Shown one piece after another: positions 8,272 through 17,243 of a DNA stretch of 64,000 nt. The notes beneath the pieces are model-generated. The model did no database searches and was not told where the DNA came from. It saw only the letters and a program-made list of their open reading frames with translations. Position 1 is the first letter of the stretch; the number at the start of each line of letters is the position of its first letter. Made by a program: the position numbers and the translations under genes. Where the stretch lies: contig JAVCCL010000019.1 of the NCBI GenBank assembly GCA_030765505.1, forward strand, positions 3,516 through 67,515. Direction: 5' to 3'. Origin of the DNA: Candidatus Kaelpia imicola (GTDB lineage Bacteria > Omnitrophota > Gorgyraeia > Kaelpiales > Kaelpiaceae).

Positions 8272-9459
8272 TTAATTGCCTGGAAACTCTACAACATCGT
8301 TTTTAACCACAGACTCTTGAGGTAAACTCAGAAGGATCTCCGTTGCGGAAGTTACCTCTCTAACTTCATTTACTTTGAGTTTTGCAATCAACTTACCCTC
8401 TCTATAAATAAAGCACTCCATCCCTTCTTCTACGCCATCTCTTCTGCCGCGGTCAATTACTATAAAACCTTCTGCTGCGTTAACAGTAACTACCTTGGCT
8501 TGAATACTATCATCCCCCACCTCTATTCTGGGCAATTCAACCGCAGTCTCTTGATCGTTGTAACTCATTTTCTTTATCTTTTTAAGAGCTATTTCAAGAG
8601 ACTGTTTTAGACGTGTAGCCTCAAGCATCTTATCTTCTAAAATCTGACTGGCGTAACTTACCCGCTTTTCGAACCTATCCTTGCTCTGTTCTTCTTTAAG
8701 CATCTTCTGCTTAAAATCATCCAGCCTTTTTTCAGTAGCTATTTTGTCTCCCTGAGCCTGTTCTAACTGAAGAGCTAAAGCACGCTTATCCCGCTCCAAC
8801 CTTTCCAGACCTCTTATAGATTCTAATCTCTCTTCTCTCTCTTGCTCCAGCGATCGGGAAAAAGAAGAGACCATACCTCTAGTCTCAACCAATCTCTCCT
8901 CCAGTCTTCTCTTCTCATCCAGAAGCTCTCCTGTAAGCTGATCCAATCGCACTCTCTCGCTTTCAAATCTTAATATCTCTCCGTCTCTTTTCTCAAGCAG
9001 CTTCTTAAGATTGCTAAATTTTAGTTCTAAAGAGGTCTTCTCCCGCAGGAGATTAGACCAAAAATCATCTCCCCTGCTATCCTCCGTTTTGACTCTTTTG
9101 GTCAATCTCTCTTTTAGATTCTCTCTCTCTCCAATCAACCTGGCAACTTCATCTCTCAGTCTGTTGTTCTCATTGGCCAACTCTTTAAGTTCTTCCTCTG
9201 TTAAAAGCCTGCTATCTTCTAGCCTAGTCATCTGGCTTCTGTAGGTTATTAATCGGGTTTTAATATCTTCTACCTCTATCTTAAATTTATCTATTTCAAA
9301 CTCTAAGTCTCTGTTCTTTTGATGCCAGAGCGCCCTCTCTTCTATATAACTGGAATATATCTTTCTATTCTCCGTACCTAACCAGAAAGCGGATATCAGG
9401 GAGAGTGTTGTTAGGACTATCACTGTTGAATATATAACTATCTTTATATTGTCACTCAT
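8272..9459 (-). CDS. Membrane-anchored long coiled-coil protein with C-terminal FlgT-C-like beta domain
   Basis: N-terminal TM helix, ~270 aa of heptad-rich E/K/R/L sequence, C-terminal FIVIDRGRRDGVEEGM..IAKLKVNEV; overlaps the RND stop (ATGA). Confidence 0.75.
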   Translation of the reverse strand: MSDNIKIVIYSTVIVLTTLSLISAFWLGTENRKIYSSYIEERALWHQKNRDLEFEIDKFKIEVEDIKTRLITYRSQMTRLEDSRLLTEEELKELANENNRLRDEVARLIGERENLKERLTKRVKTEDSRGDDFWSNLLREKTSLELKFSNLKKLLEKRDGEILRFESERVRLDQLTGELLDEKRRLEERLVETRGMVSSFSRSLEQEREERLESIRGLERLERDKRALALQLEQAQGDKIATEKRLDDFKQKMLKEEQSKDRFEKRVSYASQILEDKMLEATRLKQSLEIALKKIKKMSYNDQETAVELPRIEVGDDSIQAKVVTVNAAEGFIVIDRGRRDGVEEGMECFIYREGKLIAKLKVNEVREVTSATEILLSLPQESVVKNDVVEFPGN

Positions 9460-12400
9460 CGCTTTATCTTTAAAAATATATTTATATGTTTCAATCTATA
9501 TTTTAAATCTTCCAGTATCATATATCCAGAAGGAATTACAAGAAGAGTTAATATGGTAGATACAGACATCCCTCCGATTACAGTCTTTGCCAGCGGCGAC
9601 CAGAGATTGGAAGACTCGCTCTTATCTAACGCCATAGGCATAAGGCTGCAGATTGTTGTAATAGAGGTCATAAAGATAGGGCGTAATCTGTGTTCAGCAC
9701 CTCCAAGGACAGCTTTTTTTAATCCTGCACCCTGTTTTCTCAAAAAATTTATATGATCAACCATGACTATTGCATTGTTGACAACAATACCTCCTAACAT
9801 CAACATACCCATAAGGGCTCCGATATTAATAGATGTACCTGTATAGTAGAGCATTGGGATGACACCTATTGCAGCGAGAGGCACAGTAGCCATAATAATA
9901 AACGGCTGGGTATAAGACTCAAAGAGTGAAGCCAAAACTAAGAAGATTAAAAATAGCGCTGTAATAATCGCAAACTTTTGCTGGCGCTCATTCTCTACCA
10001 TTAATTCATAATCCCCGCTAAACCTATAAGTATAATCCTCGGGCATCTCAAACTTCTCTAAAACCTTGCTGCATCTTTCAATAGCCGTATTTAAATCCAG
10101 GGTTCCCCTATTCGCGCTAACCTGGACCATTCTTGATTTATTTTTATGCCAGATCTCGCTCGGTGCTATATCAAATTTTAAATCTGCAACCTGTTTCAGC
10201 GGAATTTTCGCTTTCTCTTTATTGACAAAAGTAATATTCTTTAAATCATCAAAGCTGTCGCGATCAAGCTCGCTCATCCTAACAACAATCTCAACCTCTT
10301 TAGTATCAGTATGGAAAAAACTGGCCCTTAGCCCCCGTATCTTCCCGTGTAATTGATAAGCAATATCTTTAACCGTTAGTCCAAATATGCTGAGCTTGTC
10401 TTGATCTACTATAATTCTTATCTCCGGCCTACCCTCACGCATTCTTATTTTTTGATCTGTAATCCCTTCAACCTGAGACAGGCTTTGAGCCATCTTCATT
10501 GCTATCTGTTTTAAAATATCATAGTCATACCCGTTAATATCGATAAATATTTCATTGCTGCCTACTTCTTGAGGCAGCTCAAAGTATATAAAGGCATCGA
10601 AGTTCTTCATTGTTTCATCCATTCTGGGCCGCAGCTCTTCTATGAGATCGTTTGTCATTCGTTCTCTTTGAGCAAGAGGTTTTAACTTTACATATATCTT
10701 AGAAGACCATCTCTCTATTCTGGAGGATACAGTCCGTACTTCAGGAACTCCTTTTAGAATCTTCTCAACCATCGCAACCGCTTTATCAGACATCTCCAGT
10801 CTTGCACCTGTAGGCAGCTCAACATGTACGGTAAACTTATTCTGCTCTGTAATACCGATAAACTCTCTGCCAATATTTTTCTGAAGAGGCCAAATCCAAA
10901 TAACAATTGCCATCATAGTTAATATTAAAAGATATCTGAATTTTAAAATAAATTTTAATACATCTATATAAATACCTCTAACTTTTTTAATACTTCTCTC
11001 GCTTCTCTTTAAAAATGGTATTCCTCCACCCATCTTGATTATGGATGCAGATAAGGGAATCAAACTTAAAGCCACAAAGAGAGATGCAAGAAGAGAGTAG
11101 ACAACTGTCAAGGTCAACCCGCTATAGAGCAATCTCATCTGTTTGCCAACAAATATTATCGGCAAGAATGCAACTACAGAAGTAATGGTTGAAGCCACTA
11201 TCGCCAGGCTGACCTCTTTGCTACCATCTAATGCAGCCTCTCTTTTTTTAAGTCCTCTCTCTTTCTTTTTGAAAATATTCTCAAGTACAACGATAGAGGA
11301 GTCGACCAGCATGCCTATACCCAGAGCCAGCCCGGAGAGAGTCATAACATTTAAAGTCAAACCCTGCATAAACATGATTGTAAAAGTGGCCATAACAGAG
11401 AGCGGAATAGAGAGTGCGATAATAAATGTCGGAGCCACATCATGGAGAAAGAGCAGCAGCACAATAACTGCCAGCGCTCCGCCGAACATAAGTGACTTGC
11501 GGACTGTATCAATAGCCTCTTGAACATACTCGGCCTGCTGAAAAGTAGGTTTTATTATTACATCCTTGGGAAGCTCCTTTTTTATCCTGGAGAGCTCTTC
11601 AACCAGCATCTTATTAACTTTTATAGTGTTGGCCGTAGACTCTTTCTGTACATAGATAGAGACAACAGGCCTGGAATCAACTCTGGAAAGATCTATGGGG
11701 TCGAGAAAAGAATCCTTGACCCGGGCAATATCTTTAAGCTGAATAATAGACCCCTGAGGATTCACGCTAACCCCAATCTCTTTTATATCTTCAATGCTTC
11801 TATACTGACCCATAAGACGGATTAAATTTTTTACTTTTTTCTCTTCCGTCTCTCCTAAAAGCAGATCTATGTTATTAACCCCTACCGTATCAATCAGCTC
11901 TCCCAAAGATATGTTGTAAGCCTGTAAGCTGCTCTCAGTTGCTTCGACAATAATCTTTCTCTCTCTACCTCCGGCTATCTCTATATTCGCCACCCCTTCT
12001 ATTCGCTGCAGCCTGGATTTGATTTTCTCATCCACAATCCTCCTCAACATCTCAGGAGTATATCTCTCTCCTGTTACAGCAAGTATCACTATTGGAACAT
12101 CTGTCTGTTGATACCGCGCAATAACCGGTTTCTCTATCTCTTTAGGCAGTCTATCTTTGACTCGGCCAAATTTCTCCCTAACCTCCAGAGAAGCAAAATC
12201 CATATCGGTACCCGGCTCAAATCTCAAAATAACTCTGGACTCTCCTTCTTCAGAGATAGATATAAGCTCTTTAAGCTTACTCACATCGCTTACAGCTTCT
12301 TCAACCGGTTTTGTGACAAGGCGCTCTACGTCAGGGGAAGGAATACCGCCTCTAATCCTTATAATGATGCTTATGGTATCATAGCTATAGTTGGGCATCA

Positions 12401-12506
12401 GCTCAACGGGCAGCTGTATCAAAGCAATATAACCTATGAGTATAATACCCAAAAATATCATACTCATTGCAACCGGTTTTTTTATCGAGAACTCAGGTAG
12501 ATTCAT
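9456..12506 (-). CDS. RND efflux permease (AcrB/MdtC/SwrC-like)
   Basis: LPVELMP, GMLVDSSIVVLENI, GIVVNNAIV, RLRPIFMT. Confidence 0.95.
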   Translation of the reverse strand: MNLPEFSIKKPVAMSMIFLGIILIGYIALIQLPVELMPNYSYDTISIIIRIRGGIPSPDVERLVTKPVEEAVSDVSKLKELISISEEGESRVILRFEPGTDMDFASLEVREKFGRVKDRLPKEIEKPVIARYQQTDVPIVILAVTGERYTPEMLRRIVDEKIKSRLQRIEGVANIEIAGGRERKIIVEATESSLQAYNISLGELIDTVGVNNIDLLLGETEEKKVKNLIRLMGQYRSIEDIKEIGVSVNPQGSIIQLKDIARVKDSFLDPIDLSRVDSRPVVSIYVQKESTANTIKVNKMLVEELSRIKKELPKDVIIKPTFQQAEYVQEAIDTVRKSLMFGGALAVIVLLLFLHDVAPTFIIALSIPLSVMATFTIMFMQGLTLNVMTLSGLALGIGMLVDSSIVVLENIFKKKERGLKKREAALDGSKEVSLAIVASTITSVVAFLPIIFVGKQMRLLYSGLTLTVVYSLLASLFVALSLIPLSASIIKMGGGIPFLKRSERSIKKVRGIYIDVLKFILKFRYLLILTMMAIVIWIWPLQKNIGREFIGITEQNKFTVHVELPTGARLEMSDKAVAMVEKILKGVPEVRTVSSRIERWSSKIYVKLKPLAQRERMTNDLIEELRPRMDETMKNFDAFIYFELPQEVGSNEIFIDINGYDYDILKQIAMKMAQSLSQVEGITDQKIRMREGRPEIRIIVDQDKLSIFGLTVKDIAYQLHGKIRGLRASFFHTDTKEVEIVVRMSELDRDSFDDLKNITFVNKEKAKIPLKQVADLKFDIAPSEIWHKNKSRMVQVSANRGTLDLNTAIERCSKVLEKFEMPEDYTYRFSGDYELMVENERQQKFAIITALFLIFLVLASLFESYTQPFIIMATVPLAAIGVIPMLYYTGTSINIGALMGMLMLGGIVVNNAIVMVDHINFLRKQGAGLKKAVLGGAEHRLRPIFMTSITTICSLMPMALDKSESSNLWSPLAKTVIGGMSVSTILTLLVIPSGYMILEDLKYRLKHINIFLKIKR

Positions 12507-12520
12507 AAGTTAAGCCTATG

Positions 12521-15500
12521 CTATTTTATTCTATACCACCTGCCAGGACCATTTGGCCCTTCTGGAGTAATGATCTTTTTCTTCTGCAGGTCTTTGAGAT
12601 CTCTGGCTGCTGTAGCAATAGAGATACTAAACATCTGCATATATTCCTGCCTCCTCAACCTTCCTTTCTGACGCAAATATTTTAAAGCCTCTGCCTGCCT
12701 CTGATTTAAATCCAAACGTTGATCTTTCTTTTCTCTCTCTTCCTCTCTCTCTGATTTTACCTCTGTAATATCCGGCTGCTCCCGTTGCTGCGACTTGAGA
12801 CCGGATATTAGTCCCTGTTCTACTTCAGGTAATACCTCTCTCTTGCCGCTCTCTATCATCTTTACAGCAACAATGTATAATGCCGGAACTATAAAGAGAG
12901 TAAGCAATGTAGACGAAGACAGCCCTCCGATAACAGCTATAGCCATAGGGGCCCTCAATTCTGCCCCTTCGCTAAATCCCAATGCAAGAGGTATAAGACC
13001 GAGGGTTGTAGTCAAAGCTGTCATCAATATCGGCCGCAACCTGTTTTGAGAGGCCTCTAAGACAGCCTCATAAGTAGAGAGCCCCTCTTCTCTTAATCCA
13101 TTAACACGGTCTATTAAAACAATACCGTTATTAACAACAATTCCGCCCAGGATAATTACCCCCAAAAAAACAACTATATTGAGAGTGGTATGAGTAAGAA
13201 GCAGAGCAACTGTTACACCTATCGCTGCCAGGGGCACGGCGAGTATAATAATAAAGGGCTGCCAGAAAGACTCAAACTGCGCAGCCATTATCATGTAGAC
13301 AAGTATTATAGACAATAGCAGGGCAAAGAAAAGACTTTTAAAAGACTCCTTCATCTCTTTACGCTCTCCGCTAAGCTGTGCCAAATAATCCTGCGGAATA
13401 TCCAGATTAGATATCCTATTCTCTACGCTGTTCGCGATTTCATTAAACCCCCGCTTATAAATATTGGCCGAGACCAGAACGGTTCTCTCTTGGCCTAACC
13501 GCCTGATCTCAGACGGCCCCACGCCTTTCACAAGATAAGCTACATCCGCCAACGGAATCTCAACCCCAAGAGGTGAATGTATAAGTATGCTTCTTATTTT
13601 AGAGATGTTCTCTCTGTCCTCGTCACGCAACCTTGTTCTGATATCGTACTCTCTACCCTGCTCTTTATATTTAGAAGCAACGTAACCGCGTATCGCTGCA
13701 TGGGTTGCCAAAGATATAGTATTCACCGAGAGGTTATAGAGTGCGGCTTTCTGTTTCTTTATATTGATCTTTACCTCCGGTTGAGGAGGCATAAGGTCAC
13801 TCTTAATATCATAGAGCCCGGTAATGTCGCCTAGACTCAAAACTATACTTTCTGAGATAGAGCGCAAAACATCTAGATCACGCCCTTTTATCTCAACATT
13901 GACCGGCTTACCCCCGCCCATAGCTGCTTTGAATATTGTCTCTTGCAGAATATACGCTAGCTCTGCCCCCTCTAAATCAACGACCAGCAAGTCCTTCTGT
14001 AGCTGCTGTACAATATCTTGGCTTTTTCTATAATAAGGTGATCTCTTCGGCAGTTTCTTTAAGTTGACTACTATCTGGGACTGATGAGATCCCAGGGTCT
14101 CTACAGCTCCCCCATAGTCCTTCTCTTTAGAAGAACCAACGGTCACGCTAACACCTTTAATGTCGGGATAGCTAAAGATGGCTCTCTCTATCCTCTTTAC
14201 AACCCTATCTGTTATCTCAATCTTTGTACCTGTAGGCATATCAACCTTTATCATAAACTCTCTCTGGTCAACCTTGGGCATCAACTCTCTGTCTACCCTG
14301 GTCAAGAGATAGAGAGAGAGGCCTGTTGCTGCAATAACAAGAACGAACCCTATCTGCTTAAATCTCAAGAATGATTTCAATGCACTAAGATATGAGATAC
14401 GCAATATTTTCATCCAGGCCCACTCTTTAGGTTCTTTACTCACTCCCTTTATTTTAGAAGTAAGACTGGGAATCAAAGATAACGCAACAACAAGAGAAGC
14501 AATAAGAGCAAAGATAACAGTAAAAGCCAGCTCTTTAAACAGCTGTCCTGCAACGCCTTTAACGAATATCAGAGGAAGGAAGACCGCTATCGTTGTCAAA
14601 GTAGAAGCGAAGATAGCAGCTGCCACTTCAGACGCTCCGCCGATAGCCGCTTCTTTGGCAGGTCCGCCAAGCTGCCTCTTACGGACGATATTCTCTATAA
14701 CAACAATGGCATTATCTACAAGCATACCAACACCCAAAGCAAGACCGCCTAAAGACATAATGTTAATAGAGAGTCCTCTGAAGTACATAAGGCTGAAGGC
14801 AAACATAATAGATATAGGTATTGAAAGCGCGACTATCAGAGAGCTGTATATATTCATCAAAAAGAAGAAGAGAACAATGAAAGCAAGTACACCTCCCTGA
14901 ATTGCAGCATCTCTAACTCCGTTAATGGAGCTCTGGATAAACTTAGACTGATCATAGACAATCTCTATCTCGACTCTACCCCGCAACCTCTCTTCAATCT
15001 TAAGAAGTTTCTTCTCGATAGCCTTAACTACTGTAATAATATTGGCCCCTGCTTGCCGTTGAATTCTAAGAGCAATATTATCGCTGCCGTTATAACGTGA
15101 GAGGTTGGTTAAATCCTTAAGCGAATCCTGCACTCTGCCTAAATCGCCCAAGTGAATTATTCTTTTATCCGAACTCTCCCCTTTTAGCTCTCTTATATAT
15201 TCTTCATATTGCGTCTTTGGCGGGTCAACATCCTGTACTTCAACAATAACATTCTCAATCTCTTTAACCGCTTCAAACTCACCTATTGTCCTGATCAAAT
15301 ATTCATAGAATTTCTCTTTAATTGTCCCGGCAGGAAAAGTAAAATTTGTCTGTTTTATAGCTTCAGCAACTTTTAAGATTGGAATGCGATTGGCATATAG
15401 TTTACCTTGATCAAGTTCAACCAGAATCTCCCGCTCTCTACCTCCTGCTATCGCGGCTGAAGCGACACCTTCTATTTTCTCCAGCTCGTCTTTGATCTCT

Positions 15501-15973
15501 TTTCTAGTTAGCTCTCTTAACTCTCTAGACGGAAGGCTTCCTTTAATAGATAATATAGCAATAGGTATCTCGAAGGGATTAAACTTCATTACTATCGGAT
15601 CTTTGGCTCCAATAGGAAGCCTCTCTTTGACCAAATCTATCTTCTCTCTAACACCCAGAGAAGCAAAATCCATATTTGTACCCCAATCAAAATCGAGAAT
15701 AATAAGAGCAAGCCCTTCTTTTGAAATCGAAGATATTTTCTTAAGCCCGTTGACTGTGCCTACCGCCTCTTCGATTATCTTTGTTACAAGGGTCTCAATC
15801 TCTTCAGGCGAGGCATTCTCGTAGGTTGTAACAACGCTAATCTGGGGATAAGATATCGATGGATATAGCTCCTGCGGCAAACGCATCCAGGAGATAGCAC
15901 CCAGAAGCATAACACCCAGAAAGAACATTGTTATTGTAACCGGTCTTCTTACAGAAAAGCTAGGTAGATTCAT
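12521..15973 (-). CDS. RND efflux permease with C-terminal winged helix-turn-helix fusion
   Basis: GMLVDNAIVVIENI, GIVVNNGIV, RLRPILMT; extra ~110 aa tail ending LNQRQAEALKYL..SISIATAARDLKDLQKKKII..GPGRWY. Confidence 0.93.
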   Translation of the reverse strand: MNLPSFSVRRPVTITMFFLGVMLLGAISWMRLPQELYPSISYPQISVVTTYENASPEEIETLVTKIIEEAVGTVNGLKKISSISKEGLALIILDFDWGTNMDFASLGVREKIDLVKERLPIGAKDPIVMKFNPFEIPIAILSIKGSLPSRELRELTRKEIKDELEKIEGVASAAIAGGREREILVELDQGKLYANRIPILKVAEAIKQTNFTFPAGTIKEKFYEYLIRTIGEFEAVKEIENVIVEVQDVDPPKTQYEEYIRELKGESSDKRIIHLGDLGRVQDSLKDLTNLSRYNGSDNIALRIQRQAGANIITVVKAIEKKLLKIEERLRGRVEIEIVYDQSKFIQSSINGVRDAAIQGGVLAFIVLFFFLMNIYSSLIVALSIPISIMFAFSLMYFRGLSINIMSLGGLALGVGMLVDNAIVVIENIVRKRQLGGPAKEAAIGGASEVAAAIFASTLTTIAVFLPLIFVKGVAGQLFKELAFTVIFALIASLVVALSLIPSLTSKIKGVSKEPKEWAWMKILRISYLSALKSFLRFKQIGFVLVIAATGLSLYLLTRVDRELMPKVDQREFMIKVDMPTGTKIEITDRVVKRIERAIFSYPDIKGVSVTVGSSKEKDYGGAVETLGSHQSQIVVNLKKLPKRSPYYRKSQDIVQQLQKDLLVVDLEGAELAYILQETIFKAAMGGGKPVNVEIKGRDLDVLRSISESIVLSLGDITGLYDIKSDLMPPQPEVKINIKKQKAALYNLSVNTISLATHAAIRGYVASKYKEQGREYDIRTRLRDEDRENISKIRSILIHSPLGVEIPLADVAYLVKGVGPSEIRRLGQERTVLVSANIYKRGFNEIANSVENRISNLDIPQDYLAQLSGERKEMKESFKSLFFALLLSIILVYMIMAAQFESFWQPFIIILAVPLAAIGVTVALLLTHTTLNIVVFLGVIILGGIVVNNGIVLIDRVNGLREEGLSTYEAVLEASQNRLRPILMTALTTTLGLIPLALGFSEGAELRAPMAIAVIGGLSSSTLLTLFIVPALYIVAVKMIESGKREVLPEVEQGLISGLKSQQREQPDITEVKSEREEEREKKDQRLDLNQRQAEALKYLRQKGRLRRQEYMQMFSISIATAARDLKDLQKKKIITPEGPNGPGRWYRIK

Positions 15974-15986
15974 TGCAGAATGATTA

Positions 15987-17243
15987 TTAAAACAGTTTTT
16001 CCTGTCTCTCTATAATTTTGACGGGACTGCCCGCAGAAAGTTTTTTCATTCCCGGCGTCTCTGTGACAATTAGATCACTTTCCTTAAGACCTTTTTTAAT
16101 AACAGCAAAGTCGGTCGTAATATACTCAACAGAGACTTGGCGGTATGCTACTTTACCCCCTTCTACAATCGCCGCATAATAGGCCCCCTGCTGTATTGAA
16201 ACGGAAGCGCTTGGAATAACATAAGCATCCCTCTTTCTAAAGACAGCAATGGCTACCCGCGCAAACATTCCGGGTCTGAGAAGCTTCCCCGGATCAAGCA
16301 CTCGTATGCGCACATTGAGTGTTCGTGTTCTTTCATCTACTTCAGGAAATAGTGTCTCTACATAACCAAAGAAAACTCTTGTCGGATAAGTATCTACTTT
16401 TATCTTTACTTTCTGCCCTGATTTAATCTTAAAAATATCTCTCTCTATAATCCCTGTCTCTACAAACGTATTGTCCGGGTCTATAAATTTACAGATCACG
16501 TCATTAGATGTAACAAACTCTCCTACCTCTTTCTCTTTTTTACCTATCAAGCCGTCTTGAGGAGCTTTTAATTGCAGCTTCTGAAGCTTTAATTTACTCA
16601 GCGCCAGCTCTTTGTTGCTGACCTCTATTTTAGCTTTGGCAACATTGACCTCGGCCTGCACCTGATCCAGCCTATCTTTTATAATTGCACCTAATTTATA
16701 AAGTCTCTTAACTATCTCATATTTTTTAAGTGCTACTTTACGCTCTGCCTCTGAAACCTGCAGCTTTGCCTGCGTCCACTGAACCTCTAAATTAACATCT
16801 TTAGGATCAAGGGCTGCAAGAAGATCGTTTTTCTTAACTTTTTCACCTTCTTTGAAATTGGCGTTTTTTAATATTCCATTTGTTTCAAACTTCAACTCAA
16901 GTATCGGAATATTTTTAACTGTACCTGCCACAAATAATTCATCTGTAAAATCAACCGGTTTAAGCTCATAGATTTTAATCGGTATCTCTTCCTGAGACTG
17001 CTGCGGAAATAGCGAAGAGATGTCTTGGGGCTTCTTATCTGCAGAGCTTTTCTTTTTCGATTCTTCCGTTAACTGCTTTTTTCCTTCCGGCACCGAATAC
17101 TTCTCACCCTTATTTTGAGAATTAAAAAGCCTCTGCACGCCTAAAAACAGAGAAGCTATAATAACTATGTTTGCGACAATAAACATAATCTTTTTGGGAG
17201 TAAAAAACTGTTTTGCTTTAGATAAATCTAAATTTTTTTTCAT
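15987..17243 (-). CDS. RND periplasmic adaptor (membrane fusion protein)
   Basis: N-terminal TM, EGEKVKKNDLLAALD, LKAPQDG, LRPGMFARV, IPSASV, GLKESD. Confidence 0.92.
   Translation of the reverse strand: MKKNLDLSKAKQFFTPKKIMFIVANIVIIASLFLGVQRLFNSQNKGEKYSVPEGKKQLTEESKKKSSADKKPQDISSLFPQQSQEEIPIKIYELKPVDFTDELFVAGTVKNIPILELKFETNGILKNANFKEGEKVKKNDLLAALDPKDVNLEVQWTQAKLQVSEAERKVALKKYEIVKRLYKLGAIIKDRLDQVQAEVNVAKAKIEVSNKELALSKLKLQKLQLKAPQDGLIGKKEKEVGEFVTSNDVICKFIDPDNTFVETGIIERDIFKIKSGQKVKIKVDTYPTRVFFGYVETLFPEVDERTRTLNVRIRVLDPGKLLRPGMFARVAIAVFRKRDAYVIPSASVSIQQGAYYAAIVEGGKVAYRQVSVEYITTDFAVIKKGLKESDLIVTETPGMKKLSAGSPVKIIERQEKLF

Noticed and set aside
8700-9350. (CT)n/(AG)n-rich tracts as microsatellites
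   Set aside because: Explained by window-wide AGA/GAG codon preference in Arg/Glu-rich proteins
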